Assembly: GCA_026388715.1 (NCBI GenBank) | Contig: JAPLJF010000012.1 | Span: forward strand, 1,649 to 65,648 | From: Deltaproteobacteria bacterium | GTDB taxonomy: Bacteria > Desulfobacterota > Desulfobulbia > Desulfobulbales > Desulfocapsaceae | Length of the DNA: 64,000 nucleotides | Direction of reading: 5' to 3' | Shown: piece by piece, positions 29,224-36,473 of the stretch | Layout of the letters: each line of letters starts with the position of its first letter | How positions within the stretch are numbered: the stretch's first letter is position 1 | Notes under the pieces: generated by a model | The model's input: only the letters and a program-made list of their open reading frames with translations | What the model was told of the DNA's origin: nothing | Database searches by the model: none | Program-made: the position numbers and the translations under genes

Positions 29224-30177
29224 GTGCTTAAGGAAATCTCAGTGGAACAAAGCAGATCAAAGCATATTTTGGAATTAGCAAAAGAACTCCTCGACGACAT
29301 TGAATTGAGCAGACTACCTGCAGAATCCTTACTTTTAAAGGCATCAAGGTTGGCTCGATGGGTTGGCTCTGATGAGATTAAACATTGGATTAATCTCGAA
29401 ATGAAGGGATACAACTCATCCGATAATGTCTCTCTAAAATATATGGACATTACAGGACGCTGGGCCGACAAGGCCAAGGGGACAGGTTACTGGGGGCCTC
29501 TCGCTCAACACGAGGCCGTTATAGAAGCCGAAAAAATTAAATTGCGTTCCATATCTACACCTGACACCAGCGGCGATTGGGCATTCCGCGTAATGCAGAT
29601 GCACGAACAACAACTGGCCGTAACGACTGCCAACATTACGAGAATGAACGGCATAAAAAGTAGGGTCTTGGCCCATCTTCATAACTTTGTAACCGAAGTC
29701 TATTATGAAAAGGAATTTGACAGCTTATCTGAATCAATTTTCGAAAAATACAAAAGTGAAGTTGACACCTTAATTTCCGAGAACTGCGGAGATGTTCTTG
29801 AGCAACTACCTTCAGTTATGGGTAGGTTGGCCGATGGCGATCCTGAGTCAATAAGTCAGTCTCTGTCCACCGTGAGAAGAATAATTGACTCATTTGCAGA
29901 TTCCATTTTCCCATCAACAGACAAAACTATAAATATTGGGGGAAATGAGGTGACGCTAGGGGCAAACAGGCATCAGAACAGAATCAATGCCTTCGTTCAT
30001 CAGAGAGTTGAGAGCAAGTCGCGCAAAACAAAAATTCGACAAAATCTATCAAATCTTTACGATAGAGTTTCAACAGGGGTCCATCAAGAAGTAACAGCAG
30101 AAGAAGCAAAAGCTTTATTCTTGAACACTTACCTTCTCTTAGGTGAAGTATTACATATTGCCGAAAACAACACTTAA
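29224..30177 (+). CDS. AbiTii-like N-terminal domain protein with a HEPN-like (R-x5-H) C-terminal region; candidate abortive-infection/defence protein
   Basis: 317-aa ORF with a GTG start at 29224; an alternative GTG at 29242 is preceded by AAGGAA. The N-terminus LLLKASRLARWVGSDEIKHWINLEMKGYN matches my recollection of the AbiTii signature. The C-terminus has LYDRVSTGVHQEV. The region is AT-rich relative to its flanks. Confidence 0.6.
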   Translation: MLKEISVEQSRSKHILELAKELLDDIELSRLPAESLLLKASRLARWVGSDEIKHWINLEMKGYNSSDNVSLKYMDITGRWADKAKGTGYWGPLAQHEAVIEAEKIKLRSISTPDTSGDWAFRVMQMHEQQLAVTTANITRMNGIKSRVLAHLHNFVTEVYYEKEFDSLSESIFEKYKSEVDTLISENCGDVLEQLPSVMGRLADGDPESISQSLSTVRRIIDSFADSIFPSTDKTINIGGNEVTLGANRHQNRINAFVHQRVESKSRKTKIRQNLSNLYDRVSTGVHQEVTAEEAKALFLNTYLLLGEVLHIAENNT

Positions 30178-30262
30178 CAAGTCAATAAACCAGACTCGAA
30201 ATACCCGCACTATCTTCAAGCCGAGCACAAAAAACCAGACCATCCACCACAAGGAGAGACTC

Positions 30263-31408
30263 ATGTTTGATTTCACCTTTCACAACCCGACCAAGATCAT
30301 CTTCGGCGCCGGCAAGGAGACCCTGATCGGCGCCGAGCTGAACGCTGCCGGAATAACCAGGGTCCTGCTGGTCTATGGCCGCAATTCGGTGGTCAAAAGC
30401 GGCCTGCTCGACCGGGTCATGGCCAGCCTCAAGGCCGGCGATATCACCTGCAGCCAATATGGCGGGGTGGACTCCAATCCGCTCCTCTCCCATACCAGGG
30501 AAGGCGTGGCCCTGGCCAAGCGGGACAAAGTCGAGGCGGTCCTGGCGGTGGGCGGCGGTTCGGTGCTGGACGAGTCCAAGGCCATCGCGGTGGGCGCCCT
30601 GGCCGACGAGGATGTCTGGGACTTCTTTGTCGGCAAGGAGGTTACGCGGGCCCTGCCGGTCTTCACCGTCCTGACCCTGGCCGCCACCGGCAGCGAGATG
30701 AACGGCAACGCGGTGATCACCAATGCCGAGACCCGCCAGAAATACAATATCGCCTCGCCCCACGTCTACCCCAAGGTCTCTATCCTCAACCCGGAGCTGA
30801 CCCATTCCGTGCCCCTGAGTTACACGGCCTACAGCGCCGTGGATGCCATCTGCCATGTCATTGAAGGCTATTTCACCAAAGAGCCCGGCACCCATCTCCA
30901 GGACCGGCTGGTGGAAGGGATCATCAAGACCGTGATCGAGACCACCGACCTGATCATGGACGAGCCCGACCACGCCAAGGCGCGCGCCTCCTTCATGTGG
31001 GCCGCCACCCTGGCCCTGAACGGCCTGACCCCGGCCGGGATCGGCGAATACAGCTTTCCCAACCACATGATCGAACATGCCCTGAGTGCCATCTACAACA
31101 TCCCGCACGGGGCTGGACTCTCCATCGTCATGCCGGCCTGGATGAAGTGGTATGTGACCAAAAACCCCAGCCAGTTTGCACGGTTCGCCAGGGAGATCTT
31201 CGGGATCCATACCGGCGAGGCGGGGATTGAGGCGCTGGAACAGTGGTTTGTAACCATCAACGCGCCGGTGCGGCTGCACGAGGTGGGGATTCCCGCAACA
31301 GAGATCGGGGCAATCGCCGAAAACGCCGAAGGCCTTGCCCGACAATGGGGTATTGGTGATCTCTACCCCAGGGAAACCATTGCCGAGATCCTGAGACTGG
31401 CGGTGTAG
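30263..31408 (+). CDS. Iron-containing (group III) alcohol dehydrogenase, YqhD/BdhA-like
   Basis: The ORF track begins at 30143, but the ATG at 30263 is preceded by AAGGAGAG and yields MFDFTFHNPTKIIFGAGKE..., the typical Fe-ADH N-terminus. It also has GGGSVLD and histidine-rich metal-site regions. Confidence 0.85.
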   Translation: MFDFTFHNPTKIIFGAGKETLIGAELNAAGITRVLLVYGRNSVVKSGLLDRVMASLKAGDITCSQYGGVDSNPLLSHTREGVALAKRDKVEAVLAVGGGSVLDESKAIAVGALADEDVWDFFVGKEVTRALPVFTVLTLAATGSEMNGNAVITNAETRQKYNIASPHVYPKVSILNPELTHSVPLSYTAYSAVDAICHVIEGYFTKEPGTHLQDRLVEGIIKTVIETTDLIMDEPDHAKARASFMWAATLALNGLTPAGIGEYSFPNHMIEHALSAIYNIPHGAGLSIVMPAWMKWYVTKNPSQFARFAREIFGIHTGEAGIEALEQWFVTINAPVRLHEVGIPATEIGAIAENAEGLARQWGIGDLYPRETIAEILRLAV

Positions 31409-31484
31409 GCACGTCTTTTGCCGCCAGGCCCTGCCTTATTGTGGCGGACACCGCTCATCCGACGCAAGAAAAACAGATAGGTGC

Positions 31485-31671
31485 TTAAGAGCTTGTCCGT
31501 AAATAAATCTTTGGTGCTCGCATCCGGCTTTTGGCCGTCTTTGACCGCTTCTCAATCGCAAAATCCTCGCCGTAGTGCTGCTACGGCTGCGGTTTTACTC
31601 AATCGTCTCGGCCAAATTCGTCTCAAAATCCGGCGCGCTCCCTGAAAAGCTTATTTACGGACAAGCTCTAA
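31485..31671 (+). mobile_element. MITE-like palindromic repeat, full copy (187 bp) with ~21-bp terminal inverted repeats
   Basis: The TIRs are TTAAGAGCTTGTCCGTAAATAA ... TTATTTACGGACAAGCTCTAA. The whole element folds as a long imperfect hairpin centred on CCGTAGtgctgCTACGG. A second copy lies at 33358-33510. Confidence 0.7.
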
Positions 31672-31808
31672 ATCACTACAACACTTAAAACAACAGCGTC
31701 CCCTCTTTTCATTATTGCATAGTTCGTCATAAAAAGTAACGGGGGGATAGAATGCCTCGGGTGACATGAATGCCGTCCGAGGCAATTCAATTGTATTGAG
31801 TAACAAAA

Positions 31809-32717
31809 TCAGTGGACACCACCGCTGGTGATGGGTGGATTCATCAAAATCCAGGAAAAATGAGTTCCATAAAGAACAAAGGGCATTCCTTGTATGAACG
31901 TGGAATCAGACGCATCATTCCACGTCCCAGAGACAAATTGCAGGGCATTGCCAGTGGTGGCCTGTCCGGCAATAGTAATCGGCGGAATCCAAGGGCCGGA
32001 GGCAAGAGAGCCGTCCGTCATCCAGTCCAGCCAATAAGTGCCTCGTTTCAGGTCAGTATCCACGTTCACGACGTTGAGCATAATGGGTCTGGAAATATCT
32101 CCTGATGTGTCTTCTTTTACTCGATAAATACCGGACCATGAGGAGGAGACTAACCGGTTAGTGGTCAGGTCGCCCCAGACTACCTTGCTGGCGGGATCAT
32201 TAGGGGGGCCATCCCAGATCTGGAGATACACCCCGGTTATGGATGACGGATTTATGGGTGAACCGGTCTGATAGGCAAAAAGATGAATCTTCTTGACAGT
32301 CCATTTGCCATCGGTCACCTTGAAGTCATCGGCTATTCTATTCCCGATTATAAACTGGTGACCGAACCCATAGGTGGACATCCCCAGACTAGTGTCCTGT
32401 AACATAGACTCATCTGCCCCGCCTGCACCGGTGCCGGGACTGTTAACCAACGGGCCGTTATCATAGAGTTTATCATAGAGTTCGACTGTCCCGTTGTTGA
32501 TCGGGGATGTTTCCTTGATTCCTTTAACAGCTGTGGCAATTCCCACTTTATCAATGGGTTGTATTGCAACACTGGCCCTGGGTTCATCCCCGATTACCTC
32601 AGCCGCCTGGTTTGCAGCGGCCAGGGCAGAACCCGCCTGGCTCATCAATATCACCATGACCCATGCCACCACTACCAATTTCCATAATCGAAAAAGATCA
32701 CGATTTCCGTACATCAT
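31809..32717 (-). CDS. Secreted hypothetical protein
   Basis: The ORF track starts at 32753, but the ATG at 32717 is preceded by GGGGAGGTG and gives the signal peptide MMYGNRDLFRLWKLVVVAWVMVILMSQAGSALAA. I recognise no family. Confidence 0.6.
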   Translation of the reverse strand: MMYGNRDLFRLWKLVVVAWVMVILMSQAGSALAAANQAAEVIGDEPRASVAIQPIDKVGIATAVKGIKETSPINNGTVELYDKLYDNGPLVNSPGTGAGGADESMLQDTSLGMSTYGFGHQFIIGNRIADDFKVTDGKWTVKKIHLFAYQTGSPINPSSITGVYLQIWDGPPNDPASKVVWGDLTTNRLVSSSWSGIYRVKEDTSGDISRPIMLNVVNVDTDLKRGTYWLDWMTDGSLASGPWIPPITIAGQATTGNALQFVSGTWNDASDSTFIQGMPFVLYGTHFSWILMNPPITSGGVH

Positions 32718-33078
32718 AAACACCTCCCCGCTGTTGATTTTTAGTACAAACACCCACCAGCAAAAGCTGATAGGTAGGTTTATCTATACACACATCTCTT
32801 TCTTTTGAGGAAAAGCATTATATCGAAACGCGGCGCAAGCTTTGCGACTCTCGATACAAGATATCCCAAGAGGTGTGCCATTCGCAATTGTCCATTAGCC
32901 GAGAGTTTAAGCGTAATACAGGGCAGCTTGGCCACCGGCACAAGCAGGCGCAACCAAGAAAGCCAAACAGCGTCATGCCGAGACGCCCAAGGCAATCAAG
33001 CTGACAGTTAAGAGAAAGCTATCATAGTTTCCCTGCTGAATCAAGGCGGGGAAACTATAAGGGGACGGCCCCTGAGAT

Positions 33079-33204
33079 TTAAAGTTTTACAACATTCTCC
33101 GAAATCTTTTCCAGATCACTATCCGCAACCTGAAGCGCCTCACCTCTTTTTGCCGCCATGGTCACCGCGGTGGAACTATAGCCCAGTGCTGCGGCATCCA
33201 CCCC
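33079..33204 (-). pseudogene. Orphan 41-codon HTH-like fragment; possible relic of a mobile-element gene
   Basis: My own translation is GVDAAALGYSSTAVTMAAKRGEALQVADSDLEKISENVVKL*. A stop lies immediately upstream and there is no start codon. It resembles C-terminal HTH tails (LG.S..AVS.A..RGE) of transposase-like proteins. Confidence 0.3.
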
Positions 33205-33283
33205 TTAAAAAAATAAAGGGATATAACTGTATTTATTTAATGATATTGTCATGTTCCATTGCTCATTAGTGCCTTTCAAAGAA

Positions 33284-33312
33284 CCGTTACGGCTCTTTAT
33301 GCCGTCCTTGCC
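33284..33312 (-). repeat. Copy 2 of the ~29-nt leader-like motif
   Basis: The reverse complement, GGCAAGGACGGCATAAAGAGCCGTAACGG, matches about 26/29 to the copy directly upstream of mnmG. Confidence 0.5.
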
Positions 33313-33357
33313 AGAGAAACGACAAGGTCGTTTTTGTTGCAACGACTTATTCCTGGA

Positions 33358-33510
33358 TTAAGAGCTTGTCCGTAAATAAATCTTTGGTGCTCGCATCCGG
33401 CTTTTGGCCGAATTTGACCGCTCCTCAATCGCAAAATCCTCGCCGTAGCGCTGCTACGGCTGCGGTTTTACTCAATCGTCTCGGCCAAATTCGTCTCAAA
33501 AAAGCTCTTA
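33358..33510 (+). mobile_element. MITE-like palindromic repeat, second copy (153 bp) with an internal deletion in the right arm
   Basis: Nearly identical to 31485-31634 of copy A, then jumps to AAGCTCT. It is flanked by TA on both sides (ggatTA|AGAGC...AGCTCT|TAgtgg). Confidence 0.7.
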
Positions 33511-33541
33511 GTGGGGACGGCCATTCTTAGTTATTCTGTTT

Positions 33542-35539
33542 TTAAATCAGCCAGATCAGCAGCAGACAAAGGGTCAGGGCGCAATAGAGCAGATAGACGT
33601 TAATCCGGCCCTGATGAAAAAAAGAACGGAAGAGAAAGGCCACCTTAGCCAGGATGCGGCAGGTGGGATAAAGCAGACGATCAAGGATAACATCGGGGGT
33701 GTGATCCGCAAAACTGGACAGGCCTGGGAAAAAGCCGATGGTCCGTCCTTCGACAATATCACTCCATAACCCCCAGCGGAAGAGGCGGACGAGCTGTTCA
33801 GCAAAGGAGGCGGCGGTGTATTGCATTCGGGCCGTTCCCTTGATATAGCCACAGCCCCAGGTAGCAGGACGCCGCTGCCAGTCATCTTCAGGAAAGCCTT
33901 GCCGGTACCAGACAACGCCGATGATACCCAGCAGCAGAACGGCACCGACACTGATCCAGGTTACCGGCGCCAGGGTGGTGAGAAGCGGCACCGCAACCGA
34001 TCCCGTTCCCAGCCAGGAGCCGATTCCCCGCTGCAACAGGGGAACGATGGCCCATGGCATCAGACCTATGACCAGACAGCCGAGGAAAAGCACGGCCATG
34101 GGCAGGAGCATGCTGCCAGGCGCCTCGCGGGGCGGGACCTGAAACTCCTGACGCGCTGTTCCCAAAAAGGTAACGCCGAAGACCTTGACAAAACAGGCCA
34201 GGGCCAGGGCCCCGGTCATGGCCAGGGCGGGGATAGCCAGTACGGCCAGGGAAAGCGGGAAAATCGCGCCCTCCGTCTGACTGTGCAGCAGGCCCAGGTA
34301 AATCAACCATTCACTGACAAAACCGTTGAGCGGCGGCAGCCCGCAAATAGCCACCGCCCCGCCCAGAAAGAAAAAGGCGGTGTACGGCATGGCCCGTAGC
34401 AACCCCCCGTAATGGTCGATGGTTCTCGTTCCGGTGGCCTGGATCACCGAACCCGCGCCAAGAAAGAGCAGGGACTTGAAGAGACCATGGTTGACCACAT
34501 GGAGCAAGGCCCCGGCCAGACCAAGGGCCACAAGAGACGGATGGTGAAAGCTCTGCCCCAGCAGGGCGCAACCCAGACCGATGAGGATAATGCCGATATT
34601 TTCAACGCTATGATAGGCGAGCAATCGCTTGATATCATGCTGGGCCAGGGCAAAGACCACACCCATGATGGCCGAGATCACCCCCAGCGCCAGGATAGTC
34701 CACCCCCACCAGGCAGGCGGACTGCTGTAAAAACAGGTGATGCGCACCAGACCGTAAATCCCCATCTTGATCATCACCCCGCTCATGAAAGCGGAGACAT
34801 GACTGGGGGCGTTGGCGTGGGCGGCCGGCAACCAGAAGTGAAGCGGCATCATGCCCGCTTTCATCCCAAAACCGAACAGACCAAGGAGAAAGACCGCGCC
34901 GGCAGTGACCGTTGCCCCCTGCAAGGTCGCGGCCCGAGGAAAATCCATGTTGCCGCTGCTGCCCGCCAGCAGGATGAACAGGGCAAAGAGGGCCAGGGTC
35001 CCGGCATGGGTGGCCATCAGATAGACATAGGCGGCCCGGCGGGCCGACTCCTCCTTTTGTTCGGTAAGGATCAGGAAAAAACAACTGAGGGCCATGACCT
35101 CCCAGGCCATGAGAAAGAGGATGCCATTGCGACAGACCGGCAGGAGGGCAACGGAGGCGCCCAGTATGCCGTAAAATAAACGCACCCTGCCTGCCGCCGG
35201 GCCGACCCTGGCCTGGGGCATATAGCCAAGGCCGTAGATACCCCCCATGCCCAGAATGACCAGGGCCGGCAGGAGAAAGATCACGGCAATTCCATCCAGT
35301 TCCAGAACAAACTGACCGGCTGGATGCGCCCATGCCAGGGCCAGCACGGGTGATGGCGTCTGCCAGATAGCGGCCAGCGATGCGCCAAGGGCCAGAGAGA
35401 CCCCCGATAACAGCAGAATGACCGAGCTCAGCTCTCCCCGCCGTCCCCAGCGCCCCCAGGCCAAGGCCGGCAGGCCGGAACAGGATATCAGGATGAGGGC
35501 AACAAGAAAGAGTTCAGCCATGCTCTCTGCCCCCTCCAT
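33542..35539 (-). CDS. NuoL/HyfB-like proton-conducting antiporter subunit (second copy; last gene of the operon)
   Basis: 665-aa polytopic ORF typical of the Mrp/NuoL family. Its start overlaps the upstream stop (TAATG). Confidence 0.85.
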   Translation of the reverse strand: MEGAESMAELFLVALILISCSGLPALAWGRWGRRGELSSVILLLSGVSLALGASLAAIWQTPSPVLALAWAHPAGQFVLELDGIAVIFLLPALVILGMGGIYGLGYMPQARVGPAAGRVRLFYGILGASVALLPVCRNGILFLMAWEVMALSCFFLILTEQKEESARRAAYVYLMATHAGTLALFALFILLAGSSGNMDFPRAATLQGATVTAGAVFLLGLFGFGMKAGMMPLHFWLPAAHANAPSHVSAFMSGVMIKMGIYGLVRITCFYSSPPAWWGWTILALGVISAIMGVVFALAQHDIKRLLAYHSVENIGIILIGLGCALLGQSFHHPSLVALGLAGALLHVVNHGLFKSLLFLGAGSVIQATGTRTIDHYGGLLRAMPYTAFFFLGGAVAICGLPPLNGFVSEWLIYLGLLHSQTEGAIFPLSLAVLAIPALAMTGALALACFVKVFGVTFLGTARQEFQVPPREAPGSMLLPMAVLFLGCLVIGLMPWAIVPLLQRGIGSWLGTGSVAVPLLTTLAPVTWISVGAVLLLGIIGVVWYRQGFPEDDWQRRPATWGCGYIKGTARMQYTAASFAEQLVRLFRWGLWSDIVEGRTIGFFPGLSSFADHTPDVILDRLLYPTCRILAKVAFLFRSFFHQGRINVYLLYCALTLCLLLIWLI

Positions 35540-36288
35540 TACCTTCTGCCAAGCAGACGCAGCAGACCATCAAGGATGGTGTAGGGTTGCGGCGGACAAC
35601 CGGGGATATAAAGATCCACCGGCAACAATGTATCAAGCCCCTGATTCGTTTCGCTGCTGTGGATAAAAGGCCCGCCATTGACCCCGCAGGCCCCGACAGC
35701 AATGACGACTTTGGGACCAGGCACCGCCTCATAGGTGTCCAGCACGGCGCTGCGCATATTTTCAGTAACCGGCCCGGTGAGCAGGATCCCATCGGCGTGA
35801 CGGGGCGAGGCGACAAACTGGATGCCGAAACGGCCAAGATCAAAGACCAGCGTGCCGAGCACGTTGCAATCGGCCTCGCAGGCATTGCAACCGCCAGCGG
35901 AGACCTGACGCAGCTTGAGCGACCGGCCAAAGAGCTTGAGCCGGGCAGGTTCAAGGGGTTCTGCCAGGGGATATGCTGCGCCGCTGTAGAGGAGATCCTG
36001 CCGTCTGCGCACTGCCAGCCGGTAGTCATTGCCAAAGGTGATGCGGCCCTGCGGACAGGCCGGACAATCAGCGCAGAACAGGCAGCGGCCAAGATCAATG
36101 ACCATCTTCCCTTCCCGCACCGCGCAGGCGCCAAACGGACAAAGCTGCTCACAGGCCCGGCATCCTGATGGACACTCCCCATCAAACCGGGGAAGGCCAC
36201 GAAAGCGGGGGGGCAGCTTTGGCTCCTCCAAGGGAAATTTCCCGGTCCGGAACCCCTGCTGAAATCGCTCACTGATTACACGCCACAT
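35539..36288 (-). CDS. Fused 2x[4Fe-4S] ferredoxin (HycF-like) plus NuoB/HycG-like small subunit
   Basis: 249-aa ORF. N-terminal half has CPSGCRACEQLCP and CLFCADCPACP. C-terminal half has GGCNACE, GACGVNGG and GCPP (the NuoB-type cluster ligands). Confidence 0.85.
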   Translation of the reverse strand: MWRVISERFQQGFRTGKFPLEEPKLPPRFRGLPRFDGECPSGCRACEQLCPFGACAVREGKMVIDLGRCLFCADCPACPQGRITFGNDYRLAVRRRQDLLYSGAAYPLAEPLEPARLKLFGRSLKLRQVSAGGCNACEADCNVLGTLVFDLGRFGIQFVASPRHADGILLTGPVTENMRSAVLDTYEAVPGPKVVIAVGACGVNGGPFIHSSETNQGLDTLLPVDLYIPGCPPQPYTILDGLLRLLGRR

Positions 36289-36312
36289 GTTATTTTATCC
36301 TTGATGGCGTTA

Positions 36313-36419
36313 CAAAAAGTCCCAAATACTTCGTTGCACTTGCATCCTTCGTCACTGCGGCGTACTTATTGTACGCCTCATTCCTCAGGATTTGTGCGCC
36401 TCGTCTTTGGGCCTTTTTG
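36313..36419. repeat. Long imperfect hairpin element in the 185-bp spacer between the large- and small-subunit genes
   Basis: CAAAAAGTCCCAAA...GCGGCGTAC-ttatt-GTACGCC...TTTGGGCCTTTTTG. The ends and the apex pair, with internal bulges. Confidence 0.5.
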
Positions 36420-36473
36420 CTTAGCCATCTTCTTAAGAACTTTTCACGAGAAATCTTTTTTATGTTTTCTCGG

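Noticed and set aside
29005-29477. Minus-strand ORFs in the islet (29005-29193, 29220-29477)
   Set aside because: They are antisense to better-supported plus-strand ORFs. They are Ser/Ile/Leu-rich, typical of AT-rich antisense frames, and have no SD.
35658-35666. Perfect DnaA box (TGTGGATAA)
   Set aside because: It is a single isolated occurrence inside the coding sequence of the small-subunit gene, which is consistent with chance.
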